NCBI GenBank assembly: GCA_016714015.1
Contig: JADJNZ010000009.1
Coordinates: 56,321-120,320, forward strand
Source of the DNA: Gemmatimonadota bacterium
Lineage (GTDB): Bacteria; Gemmatimonadota; Gemmatimonadetes; Gemmatimonadales; Gemmatimonadaceae
Direction of reading: 5' to 3'
DNA length: 64,000 nucleotides
A model generated the notes under the pieces. The model had not been told where the DNA came from and ran no database searches. It was given only the letters and a program-made list of their open reading frames with translations. Positions 31,268 through 40,378 of the stretch are shown here, piece by piece. The number at the start of each line of letters is the position of its first letter. Positions within the stretch are counted from its first letter, which is position 1. The position numbers and the translations under genes were made by a program.

Positions 31268-32806
31268 TCAGTCCAGCGCGCGCTCGATCCGGTCGGCGAT
31301 CGCGCGGACGATCTGCACCCGGGCGAAGCGCTTGTCGTTCCCCGCGACCACCGTCCACGGCGCCGCAGGCGCCTCGCAGCGGGTGAGCATCTCCTCCACC
31401 GCCTCGCGATAGGCCGGCATCTTCTTCCGGTTCCGCCAGTCCTCGTCGGTGATCTTGAACTGCTTGTACGCGACGCGCTCGCGCTCCTTGAAGCGCTTGA
31501 GCTGTTCGTCCGGGCTGATGTGGATCCAGAACTTCGCGACCGCCATCCCGTGGTCGGTGAGCTGCCGCTCGAAGGCGTCGATCTCGTCGTAGGCGCGGGC
31601 CCAGTCGGCGACGGGGGCGAACCCCTCGACGCGCTCCACGAGGACGCGCCCGTACCAGGAGCGGTCGAAGATCGTGATCCGCCCGTCGCGCGGGACGTGG
31701 CGCCAGAAGCGCCAGAGGTAGTGTTGCGCCCGTTCCTCGTCGGTGGGGGCGGCGATGCCCACCACGCGGTAGAGCCGCGGGTCGATCGCCGCCGTGACGC
31801 GGCGGATCGCGCTCCCCTTGCCGGCGGCGTCCCATCCTTCGAAGGCGAAGACCGAGGCCACGCGCTGCTCGCGCGCCGCCCAGGCCAGGCGCGCGAGGCG
31901 TTCCTTGAGGCGTTCCATCTCGCGCTCGTACTCGGCGACGGTGAGCCGCTGCGTGAGGTCCACGGCGTCGAGGATCGAGGTGCCGGGCTTGTAGGCACGG
32001 AGGGCGGGGGCGGCGGCGGCGGCCGCGGCCGCCGCCTCGCGCTTCGCCGCCTTGGGCGTCGCGACCTTCCGGGTCGAACCCTTCCGGGTCGCGACGTGCT
32101 TCGTCGCGGCCTCCTCCGTCGCCAGTGTGAGGGCGGAGAGGAGCAATCGTCCGACGGTGACCTCGCGGTAGCGCCGGTCGGTCGCGTCCACCGGATGCCA
32201 GGCCGCCCAGGGTTCGTGCGTGGCCGCGAGCGCGCGCTCCGAGACCTCGCGGAAGCGGTCGTAGGACTTGAAGTGCGCCCAGTCGTCCGGCCCGATCCGC
32301 CCGTCCTTCTCGAGCTGCTGGAGCCGCGTGCGCTGGGCGTCCTTGGAGAGGTGCATCCAGAGCTTCACGAGGACCGTCCCGCCCTCGGCGAGCATCCGCT
32401 CGAAGGCGACGATGCGGTCCATCTCCGGCCCGAACTCCCGCTTGCGCCGCTGGCGCGTGACGCGCTCGATGATGGGCCGCGTGTACCAGGAGCCGAAGAA
32501 GATCCCCACGCGCCCCGCGCCGGGCATCGCCTTCCAGAAGCGGTAGAAGTGGGGCCGTTCCTCGTCCTCGTCGGAGGCGTCCCAGAAGGCGTGCGTGACG
32601 ACGCCGCGCGGGTCGAGCCATTCGTTGAGGCGGTGGACGAGTTCGCCCTTGCCGGCGCCGTCGGCGCCGCCGACGATGACGATCACCTGCCGCTTGGTCT
32701 CGCGGAGGGCGAAGTGCGCGGCGAGCAGCTTGCTCCGGAGGGAGCGGACGGTGGTCTCGTAGCTGCGGTCGGAGAGGGTGCGGCCCTGTTCGGCTTGCTC
32801 GAGCAT
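31268..32806 (-). CDS. Two-domain polyphosphate kinase 2 (polyphosphate:AMP phosphotransferase)
   Basis: GGADGAGKG, FEGWDAAGKG, FDRSWYGRVLVERVEG. Confidence 0.92.
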   Translation of the reverse strand: MLEQAEQGRTLSDRSYETTVRSLRSKLLAAHFALRETKRQVIVIVGGADGAGKGELVHRLNEWLDPRGVVTHAFWDASDEDEERPHFYRFWKAMPGAGRVGIFFGSWYTRPIIERVTRQRRKREFGPEMDRIVAFERMLAEGGTVLVKLWMHLSKDAQRTRLQQLEKDGRIGPDDWAHFKSYDRFREVSERALAATHEPWAAWHPVDATDRRYREVTVGRLLLSALTLATEEAATKHVATRKGSTRKVATPKAAKREAAAAAAAAAPALRAYKPGTSILDAVDLTQRLTVAEYEREMERLKERLARLAWAAREQRVASVFAFEGWDAAGKGSAIRRVTAAIDPRLYRVVGIAAPTDEERAQHYLWRFWRHVPRDGRITIFDRSWYGRVLVERVEGFAPVADWARAYDEIDAFERQLTDHGMAVAKFWIHISPDEQLKRFKERERVAYKQFKITDEDWRNRKKMPAYREAVEEMLTRCEAPAAPWTVVAGNDKRFARVQIVRAIADRIERALD

Positions 32807-32901
32807 GGGGCGTGGCGGGTGAGGGCGGGCTGGGGGCACCGGGAGGCGCGATGCCAGAGCATGGGGCGCGGCGGGGCGCCCCGCCAGCGGGGATTCTGCC
32901 G

Positions 32902-32930
32902 TTGACCCGGCCCGCAGGACCGGCTTTATT
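32902..32930 (+). promoter_or_regulatory. Possible sigma70 promoter for tRNA-Ile
   Basis: TTGACC-N17-TTTATT, 12 nt upstream of the tRNA. Confidence 0.4.
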
Positions 32931-32942
32931 TCATGGCTCGCC

Positions 32943-33016
<74 letters not shown>

Positions 33017-33134
33017 CTCCCGGACCCGACGGCCCGCCGGCATCTGCCCGGCGGGCCGTCGTGCGTTCGGGCCGTCGCCCGTTCGGGCCGTAGGCGCGTC
33101 GTGCTCGCGCCGTACGCGCGCGCGGCGCGAACCG

Positions 33135-34025
33135 ATGAGCGGAGCCGCGCGTTCGACGCGCATGAGACTCCGCACCCTCGCGGCCGCCTTCGCGCTGTCG
33201 GTCCCGCTCGCCGGCTGTACCCCCATCCTGCTCGGCGCCGCGAACCTGATCGAGAACGGCGACCGTCCGCGCCTCACGGTCGCGTACGGCACCGGCGCGC
33301 GGCAGGCGTACGACGTGTATCGCCCGCTCGGTGCCGACGGGCAGCCGCTGCCCGGACCGTCGCCGGTGGTGATCTTCGTGCACGGCGGGAGCTGGGAGAG
33401 CGGCGACAAGCACGCCTACCGGTGGGTGGGGCAGGCGCTCGCGCAGGAGGGCTTCGTCGCGGTGCTGCCCAACTACGGCCTGATGCCCGCGACGCGGTTC
33501 CCGGCGTTCGTGGACGATGTCGCGGCCGCGGTCGCGCATGCACGGGCGCGGGTGGGGGCGTGGGGCGGGGACACCACCCGCCTCTTCCTGATGGGGCACA
33601 GCGCGGGCGCGCAGATCGCGGCGCTCGTCGCGTACGACGCGCGGTACCTCGCACGCCGGGGGCTCACGCCCGCGGTGTTCGCCGGATTCGTGGGGCTCTC
33701 GGGGCCGTACGACTTCCCGCTCGACTCGAAGCTGTTGCGAGCGACCTTCGCCGGGAGCGCCGAGCGCGAGCGTGACGCGCAGCCGGTGACGTTCGTGCGG
33801 CGCGACGTGCCGCGCACGCTGCTGGCGATGGGACGCGACGACACGACGGTGGACCCGCGCAACACGACCTCGCTCGCCGCGCACCTGCGCGGGGCGGGGG
33901 CGGCGGTGGAGGAGGTGTGGGTCGATGGCGCGCACGGCGCGACGGTGGGTGCGTTCGCGCGGATCAATCGCGGCGACAGCGAGCTCGTGCGGCGCATCCG
34001 CGCGTTCGTGCGGGGGGCGCCGTGA
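33135..34025 (+). CDS. Alpha/beta hydrolase (lipoprotein esterase); alternative start 33162
   Basis: LAGC lipobox, HGGSW, GHSAG nucleophile motif, distal His. Confidence 0.9.
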   Translation: MSGAARSTRMRLRTLAAAFALSVPLAGCTPILLGAANLIENGDRPRLTVAYGTGARQAYDVYRPLGADGQPLPGPSPVVIFVHGGSWESGDKHAYRWVGQALAQEGFVAVLPNYGLMPATRFPAFVDDVAAAVAHARARVGAWGGDTTRLFLMGHSAGAQIAALVAYDARYLARRGLTPAVFAGFVGLSGPYDFPLDSKLLRATFAGSAERERDAQPVTFVRRDVPRTLLAMGRDDTTVDPRNTTSLAAHLRGAGAAVEEVWVDGAHGATVGAFARINRGDSELVRRIRAFVRGAP

Positions 34026-34855
34026 GCCGGGTCGCGGTGATGAAGCTCGTCAACCTCGCGACCCTCCTCGCGGTGCTCGCCCTGAACGGCCTGGCCGCGA
34101 CCGGCGCGATGAGCGGTGATTCGATCGGCGTGCTCGCCAACCGGTACGAGTCGCTGTTCCTGCCGGCGAACTACGTGTTCGGGATCTGGAGCCTGATCTA
34201 TCTCGGCTTGACGGCGTCGGTGGCCTACCAGTTGCTGCCGACCGCGGCCGCGGCGCGCGCGGTGGAGCGGATCGGTCCGTGGTGGGTGGTCGCGAGCGTG
34301 CTCAACGTGGCGTGGATCTCGCTCTTCTCGTTCTCCCGGTTCGGCGCGGCGCTGCTGGTGATGGTCGCGTTCCTCGTGGCGCTGGTGCTGACCGGTGCGC
34401 GCCTGCGCGCCCCGCTGGCGGGCGACGCCCCCGGCCTCCCCGGCGCCCCCGGCGCGCCGGGAGCGCGCCCGGTGCGCGACGGGTGGGCCGAGCGTGTGCT
34501 GGTGCGCTGGCCGTTCGACCTGTATCTCGCGTGGATCTCCGTCGCGCTCATCTCCAACACCTTCCAGTTCGCGCACGCGATCGGCTGGGGCGGCTTCGGG
34601 ATCGCCGAGTCCACGTGGGCGGTGGCGATGATGATCGTCGCGACGGTGCTCGGCGTGGTGATGGCCTGGGGCCAGCGCGCCTGGGTCTTCCCGCTGGTGG
34701 TGGCCTGGGCGCTGCGCGGGATCGGCGTGCGCCATGCGGGGCTGCCCGTGATCGCGACGGCAGTCGGGTGGCTCGTGCCGCTGGGGATCGTCGCCGGCGC
34801 CGTCGCCGTGATCGTGCGCGCGGAGCGCGGTGCGCACCGCCTCCTGAGCATGTGA
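34022..34855 (+). CDS. TspO/MBR-like tryptophan-rich sensory membrane protein
   Basis: LFLPANYVFGIWSLIY, LNVAWI, FDLYLAWISVA; multiple TMs. Confidence 0.75.
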   Translation: MSRVAVMKLVNLATLLAVLALNGLAATGAMSGDSIGVLANRYESLFLPANYVFGIWSLIYLGLTASVAYQLLPTAAAARAVERIGPWWVVASVLNVAWISLFSFSRFGAALLVMVAFLVALVLTGARLRAPLAGDAPGLPGAPGAPGARPVRDGWAERVLVRWPFDLYLAWISVALISNTFQFAHAIGWGGFGIAESTWAVAMMIVATVLGVVMAWGQRAWVFPLVVAWALRGIGVRHAGLPVIATAVGWLVPLGIVAGAVAVIVRAERGAHRLLSM

Positions 34856-34948
34856 AGCATGTGAGGTCGGCGATCGCGATGCGCGTTTTCGGCGCCGCGC
34901 GAAATGGCGGGGTGCCGACCAGCGGCATCGGGAAGCGGATGTTCCCGC

Positions 34949-35932
34949 ATGGCCCAAGGACCGACGTTGCTCGCGGTGCTCCGCGACCGCCTCCGCACGC
35001 GGCACTACAGTCCGCGCACCGCCGAATCGTACGAGGGGTGGGTGCGGCGGTACGTGCGGTTCCATGGGCGCCGCCACCCGCGCGAGATGGACGTGAAGGA
35101 GCTGCGGGATTTCCTGACGCATCTCGCGCGCGACCTCAAGGTGAGCGCGAGCACGCAGAACCAGGCGCTCGCCGCGATCCGGTTCCTGTATGAGGTGGTC
35201 CTCGAGCGGCCGATGGCCGCGCCGACCGATCATCTGGTCGCCAAGCGTCCGACCCGGCTTCCGACGGTCCTCTCGGCGGAGGACGTGGACCGAGTGCTCG
35301 GCGCGATGCGTGGCACGCCGCGGCTGATGGCACAGCTGCTGTACGGCAGTGGCCTTCGCGTGATGGAGTGCTGCACCTTGCGGGTGAAGGACCTCGACCC
35401 GGGCCGCGGCGAGCTGACCGTGCGGCGCGGCAAGGGCGGCACGGACCGCCGGACCATGCTGCCGGAGGGGGTGCTGGTCGGACTGCGCGAGCACCTGAAG
35501 GAGATGCGGGAGCAGCATGCGCTCGACGTGGCGCGCGGGGCGGGGTACGTCGCGTTGCCTGGCGCGCTGCGCGCGAAGCTCGGCCCCGAGTCCGGCCGTC
35601 GCTGGGAGTGGCAGTGGCTCTTCCCGGCCACGCGCGAGTACTTGGATCCGGAGTCGGGCGAGCGTCGTCGCCACCATCTCCACGAGACCGTCGTGCAGCA
35701 GTCGGTGACCGCAGCCGCGCGGGAAGTGGGCCTGAGCCAGCGGGTGACGTGTCACACGCTCCGTCACTCGTTCGCGACGCACCTGCTCGAGGCGGGGTAC
35801 GACATCCGGACGATACAGGAGCTGCTTGGCCACCGGGACGTGAGCACGACGATGATCTACACCCATGTGCTGAACCGTGGCGGGCTGGGGGTTCGGAGCC
35901 CGCTGGACGGGCTACCTCGTCGTCGGCGCTGA
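34949..35932 (+). CDS. intI: Integron integrase (tyrosine recombinase)
   Basis: [32 protein letters not shown], integron-specific insert ([25 protein letters not shown]), [35 protein letters not shown]. Confidence 0.98.
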   Translation: MAQGPTLLAVLRDRLRTRHYSPRTAESYEGWVRRYVRFHGRRHPREMDVKELRDFLTHLARDLKVSASTQNQALAAIRFLYEVVLERPMAAPTDHLVAKRPTRLPTVLSAEDVDRVLGAMRGTPRLMAQLLYGSGLRVMECCTLRVKDLDPGRGELTVRRGKGGTDRRTMLPEGVLVGLREHLKEMREQHALDVARGAGYVALPGALRAKLGPESGRRWEWQWLFPATREYLDPESGERRRHHLHETVVQQSVTAAAREVGLSQRVTCHTLRHSFATHLLEAGYDIRTIQELLGHRDVSTTMIYTHVLNRGGLGVRSPLDGLPRRRR

Positions 35933-36099
35933 GCGCGGCGCGGGGGCCGAATTAGACAGACCGGTCCAATTCACCCAAGCGGAGGCGGACGGGGGGAACG
36001 CGGCAGCTATGGCGTTCTCCTGCTGGGGGTTGCGGGGTGGCGGTCTTCGGGCGGAACGTTAGAGTGGCGGCTCGGCCTGGGGGATCTGGTGGGATTGGA

Positions 36100-36124
36100 C
36101 AGGTCAAGCCAATACACGTTATGC
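36100..36124 (+). other. Putative attI site (core GTTATGC at 36118-36124), downstream of intI
   Basis: First core site without an upstream attC hairpin; complementary to R'' GCATAAC of attC1. Confidence 0.7.
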
Positions 36125-36452
36125 GGCCGGGAACGAGTGAACTGGCAACGGCTTCCCCGCAGGTGTCGCCCGCGCCGACCCGCCTGGCCCCGCTGAACTC
36201 GGCCGTCGTGTCTTCTCTTTGGGGGGTGCGCTCGATCAGATCTGTCTGGCACCGCGGCCGGTCGCGCTCCGGTGATCTCGATTGCTCGCGCCAGCACGGG
36301 TGCCACGCGAGGTAGCGGTCCGCACGCCGGCTGGGCAAGACGTTCGCCTCTCGCAATGCCGCCGCATAACGCGGGTTGGTGACCGATGGCCGGCTATTGA
36401 TGGCGGCCGCTCCGCGGCCGCATTATTGGATCGGCCACGGCACAACCAAACG
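36119..36452 (+). other. Cassette 1, ORF-less (family A), 334 bp
   Basis: Bounded by core 36118 and attC1; no convincing gene; homologous to family C. Confidence 0.75.
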
Positions 36453-36458
36453 TTAGCT
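36364..36458 (+). repeat. attC1 (short class)
   Basis: R'' gcataac, R' gttagct. Confidence 0.95.
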
Positions 36459-36489
36459 CGCTGGAACTGACTTCGATCCAGGCAAGCAC

Positions 36490-36651
36490 ATGGAGAAGTT
36501 GCTGGTGATGCTTGTGTCGACCGTCGCGAGTGCCGCTGGCTGGTGGCTCGGGGCGCACGTCGGGATCATGACGGCCTTCATCACGAGCATCATCGCGCTG
36601 GGACTCGGCGTGTGGGGCGGTCGGCAGCTCGCGCGCCGATGGATGCTGTAG
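36490..36651 (+). CDS. Cassette 2: 53-aa two-TM membrane protein
   Basis: MEKLLVMLVSTVASAAGWWLGAHVGIMTAFITSIIALGLGVWGGRQLARRWML (below ORF-track cutoff). Confidence 0.75.
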   Translation: MEKLLVMLVSTVASAAGWWLGAHVGIMTAFITSIIALGLGVWGGRQLARRWML

Positions 36652-36671
36652 CCGACGCCTCGCGGCCCACG

Positions 36672-36804
36672 AGCTAACGGCAGTTGGTGCAGATGGCCGG
36701 CTAGGGTGGCGGGTTGGCGGCCCCGGCCTCATCGTACTTCAGGGTCGGCCGTGGCCGCCAACCCGCAATTATTGGATCGGCCACAGCACAACTAGACGTT
36801 AGCG
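36672..36804 (+). repeat. attC2
   Basis: agctaac...gttagcg. Confidence 0.95.
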
Positions 36805-36834
36805 AGACCGGAACACCTCTCGCGAGACACGAAG

Positions 36835-37239
36835 ATGCCCTTCGAGAAGATGTGGAATACGAGGCTGGTGAAAGGCGTTCCGGTGCGCCGTCGGTTCATC
36901 CTCGCTGCGTTGAGCGCTGCGGTGGTTGCTCTCGTGTGGTCGCCAATCGAACGCATGTCCGATGCGAGGAGGGCTCAGTCTATCGCGTCGTTCGAGAGCG
37001 TCTTGCCGCCGAGCGACCCTGAAAACGGATTCGTCTGCTTGTTGCGGTACCGGGAGCCACTCTACGTCGTGGACGGCCAAGAACTGTCCCCTGCCGCGGC
37101 GAATCGCATCGTCCCGGAGGCGATCGAGTCGATCGAACTCATGGACAACAAGGCGGCAGGTGCAGTCTACGGCATCCGTGCTCGTGTTGGCGTAGTGTTG
37201 ATCGCCACGCGAGCCAAGCGTCCGCCCGCGGCTCGCTAA
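36835..37239 (+). CDS. Cassette 3: membrane-anchored stand-alone TonB-receptor plug-like domain
   Basis: PLYVVDG..IESIELM..AAGAVYGIRARVGVVLIAT; stop inside R''. Confidence 0.7.
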   Translation: MPFEKMWNTRLVKGVPVRRRFILAALSAAVVALVWSPIERMSDARRAQSIASFESVLPPSDPENGFVCLLRYREPLYVVDGQELSPAAANRIVPEAIESIELMDNKAAGAVYGIRARVGVVLIATRAKRPPAAR

Positions 37240-37367
37240 CGGCGGTTGGTGACCGATGGCCGGCTAGGGTAGCGGGGCGGCGGCCCCGCCTTATCGTCAC
37301 GGGAGGGTCGGCGTGGCCGCCGCCCCGCAATTATTTGAACGGCCACGGCACAACCTTGACGTTATGC
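37234..37367 (+). repeat. attC3
   Basis: cgctaac...gttatgc. Confidence 0.95.
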
Positions 37368-37900
37368 CGACGATCACACATCTCAGTCGTGCGCGTGAAG
37401 GTCTGCTGGCCGCCTGGAAGTGTTGCCTCTCGTTCACGAAGAGCGAGTGGCGGCTTGAGGACTATCCGCTGCGTCTGCGCCAGCAGTCGACGGGCAGCGG
37501 AGGCACCGTCCCCCCGTGGTCGGCTCAGATTATTGGCTACTGGCAGTTGTGCGGGCTTGGCGAGTCGCGTGAAGCCGCTATCGCCGACCTAACCTCGAGG
37601 CTTGAGCTCGTGCGTTCGCGCGGACCGCTTCCTCGCCCCGGGACCAAGGTTCCGGTGGTATTCGCTGCGTCGAGCGAGCTGGAACGCCACGGTGAGTTCG
37701 CCTTTGAGTTTGTGGAGCGAGTCACGGGCATTCGTCCCTTATTCATGTCGGACGAGTCATCGCTCGCTGACTTTGCGGACGGTGAGGGATTGGAGGAGTT
37801 CCGCGCAAAGATCTTCGCCGAGTACGGTCGAGAGGTACGGCTGGAGCTTGATGGGCCCCTCTGGCGGGTGCTTGACGCGGTCGGAGCTGGCGCGGCATAA
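37364..37900 (+). CDS. Cassette 4: hypothetical protein with a HicB-like segment
   Basis: WSAQIIGYWQLCGLGESREAAIADL; ATG directly after core GTT. Confidence 0.7.
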   Translation: MPTITHLSRAREGLLAAWKCCLSFTKSEWRLEDYPLRLRQQSTGSGGTVPPWSAQIIGYWQLCGLGESREAAIADLTSRLELVRSRGPLPRPGTKVPVVFAASSELERHGEFAFEFVERVTGIRPLFMSDESSLADFADGEGLEEFRAKIFAEYGREVRLELDGPLWRVLDAVGAGAA

Positions 37901-38027
37901 CGGCAGTTGGTGCTGATGGCCGGCTGGGGTAGCGGGTTGGCGGCCCCGGCCTCATCGTACCGCAGGGTCGGCCGTGGCCGCCAACCCGCATCTATGGAAT
38001 CGGCCACAGCACAACGTGACGTTAGGC
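37895..38027 (+). repeat. attC4
   Basis: gcataac...gttaggc. Confidence 0.95.
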
Positions 38028-38044
38028 GGAGCTCTGTGAGGTCG

Positions 38045-38788
38045 ATGACGCGGACAATCATGTTGCTCGCTGCGACGTCGCTTCTCGCGGCGTGTGCGCC
38101 CGAGATACCTCCAAGTTGGGAGCGCGGAAACTGTCTCGCTTCGACGCCAGAGGCTACACAACTGGCGCTCCTTCGTGCGCGGGCGGACTCGTCGCCGATC
38201 TTCCTGCTCGGCTCGACCGACGCCGCGCGGCTCCGCGGTGAACTCGATCGCCGCGCACGCGCGCTCGAGCAAGACACGATCTGGGTCCGTAGTGCCGACA
38301 CGGTACTGACCCAGCCGCCGCTCAGCGATGCGTGGTGGCATGTCGTTCAGACAGTACATCCCGAGCTCGAGCCGATGGACTCGTCGCTGGCGCGCGCGTA
38401 CGTCCAAGGTCGTTTCGCGCTTGATTCGACGCACACGGCGTTCCTCCTTCGTGTGCCCGGCGTTGAAGTCGCGTTCCGCGAGGAACTCTGGATTCACAGC
38501 GCCGTCGGACAGTGTTTCCTATTGCCCGAGCTCCTGGCACTCGCGTGGGGTGATGGTGGAGAGACCAGCGAGCTGGAGACATGGATTGTTGACTTGGACG
38601 CAAATGGAGTGCGCGAGCTTGTGCAGCGCAGCTATTCGTCGATTACGACGGAGAATCCGGACGACACGCTGGCCGTGACGGAGATATCTGATTCAGTCGC
38701 CGTACTCCGATGGAGAGTGCCGCGGTTCGTGCAGGACTCGAGCTTTGACCTCAACCGGATTCCGTGGGCGCGAATCCCCAGACCGTGA
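38045..38788 (+). CDS. Cassette 5: lipoprotein
   Basis: MTRTIMLLAATSLLAAC lipobox. Confidence 0.8.
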   Translation: MTRTIMLLAATSLLAACAPEIPPSWERGNCLASTPEATQLALLRARADSSPIFLLGSTDAARLRGELDRRARALEQDTIWVRSADTVLTQPPLSDAWWHVVQTVHPELEPMDSSLARAYVQGRFALDSTHTAFLLRVPGVEVAFREELWIHSAVGQCFLLPELLALAWGDGGETSELETWIVDLDANGVRELVQRSYSSITTENPDDTLAVTEISDSVAVLRWRVPRFVQDSSFDLNRIPWARIPRP

Positions 38789-38811
38789 TGGCGAGTGTCG
38801 AACCGCGGCCC

Positions 38812-38945
38812 GCCTAACGGCGGTTGGTGACCGATGGCCGGCTAGGGTAGCGGGTTGGCGGCCACGCTTTATCGTTCCTGAAGGACCGGCGTGGCCGCCA
38901 ACCCGCATTTCATTTGAACGGCCACGGCACAACCTGACGTTAGCC
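38812..38945 (+). repeat. attC5
   Basis: gcctaac...gttagcc. Confidence 0.95.
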
Positions 38946-38953
38946 CGACCTAC

Positions 38954-39409
38954 ATGAGATCGCGTCGAAGACACACTCCAACTCACCCACTGCTGCCTGA
39001 GGAAGCGTCCACGGCGCTCAATGTCGTGACGTTCCTCTTCGCATCGAGCGGAGGACTGTCGTTGCTGTTTCTCGCCGTCGGCCTCGTCGGCAAACTGCTC
39101 GGCTGGAGCGTGATGGCCGATGTCGCCATCAACCCACTCATCGTCCTCATCCGCCTAGCAGTCGCCGCTGGTTACCTCTGGACCGCGTGGCTGCTTTCCG
39201 AACGGCGCGAACTCGGCGGCTTCCTCGGCCTCGGGTTCCTCGGGCTTTCGATCGCGCCCCCCTTGCTGCTCGGTAGCAGGGTAGGCAGCAGCAACCTGTT
39301 GATTCCGGTCCTCGGCGCCATCGGCCTCGCGCTGTCCTGGTCGTACTTGAACGACGAGGATGAGGCAGCGCGAGACGCGTCTGCGAAGATCGGTCCGCGG
39401 GCGGGCTAA
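38954..39409 (+). CDS. Cassette 6: 4-TM membrane protein
   Basis: Hydrophobic helices; stop inside R''. Confidence 0.8.
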   Translation: MRSRRRHTPTHPLLPEEASTALNVVTFLFASSGGLSLLFLAVGLVGKLLGWSVMADVAINPLIVLIRLAVAAGYLWTAWLLSERRELGGFLGLGFLGLSIAPPLLLGSRVGSSNLLIPVLGAIGLALSWSYLNDEDEAARDASAKIGPRAG

Positions 39410-39537
39410 CGACGGTTGGTGACCGATGGCCGGCTAGGGTAGCGGGTGGGCGGCCCCGCCCTCATCGTACTTCAGGGTCGGGCGTGGCCGCCCACCCGCA
39501 ATTATTGGAACGGCCACGGCACAACCTGACGTTAGGC
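39404..39537 (+). repeat. attC6
   Basis: ggctaac...gttaggc. Confidence 0.95.
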
Positions 39538-39563
39538 GGACGGAGGAGGCTCTGGAGCGCTAC

Positions 39564-40214
39564 ATGCAGGCGGCGTTCATCGCCATGGCCGTGGCCACGA
39601 TCTCTAATGCCGCGAACGCTCAGCGCGCGCGCGAATGCGTCGCAGTGCCAGCGTCGCGCACTGCATCGCTCGACTCGGCGCAGCAAGCTCTCGGGTTCCG
39701 CCTCTACTGGCCAGCAATCGAGGCCTGCGGTCCCGAGAGAATTGTCGCTGCACTCTGGACGCCCGAGCGTGATCGCGACGGTGACTTCGGTTCGCGCATT
39801 GCATTGCTTCGACCCACGGACGGGCGCTCCTTCGTCGCAGTCTCGTTCTCGCGAGGCTTCCTTGAGTCGAGCCTGCCACGCGTGCGCGCGTTCGAGGCCC
39901 GGGGCCGAGTGCTCGCACTCGCGGACCTTGGTGACGAAGGAGGGAGTTGGGGTATCGAGGCATTCGAGGTGCTCCGCGACAGCCTTCTTGCGCTCGGCCG
40001 CCTGGATGTTGGCAAATCCTCGCGTGACGATGAGAATGACGGATCGGCCTTCAGCCACTTGGCCGTCGCGCTGAGTGCGGGAGAATGGCAGGTGAGCTTC
40101 GACACCGTTGTCGTGCTCGAACCGAACCGAGATTCTCGCTCCGTCATCGAGGCAAGTCCGCGCAGGCCGGCCCGGTTCCGCGCGCACGGCGGCACGTGGC
40201 GCCGTCTTCCGTGA
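39564..40214 (+). CDS. Cassette 7: secreted hypothetical protein
   Basis: Signal peptide MQAAFIAMAVATISNAANA; fills cassette. Confidence 0.75.
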   Translation: MQAAFIAMAVATISNAANAQRARECVAVPASRTASLDSAQQALGFRLYWPAIEACGPERIVAALWTPERDRDGDFGSRIALLRPTDGRSFVAVSFSRGFLESSLPRVRAFEARGRVLALADLGDEGGSWGIEAFEVLRDSLLALGRLDVGKSSRDDENDGSAFSHLAVALSAGEWQVSFDTVVVLEPNRDSRSVIEASPRRPARFRAHGGTWRRLP

Positions 40215-40220
40215 GCCGCC

Positions 40221-40353
40221 GCCTAACGGCAGTTGGTGCTGATGGCCGGCTGGGGTAGCGGGTTGGCGGCCCCGGCCTCATCGTACTTCAGGGTCGGCCG
40301 GGGCCGCCAACCCGCATTAATGGAATCGGCCACAGCACAACTTGACGTTATGT
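40221..40353 (+). repeat. attC7
   Basis: gcctaac...gttatgt. Confidence 0.95.
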
Positions 40354-40378
40354 TGACGACAGACCTCGTCGCGGCAGA

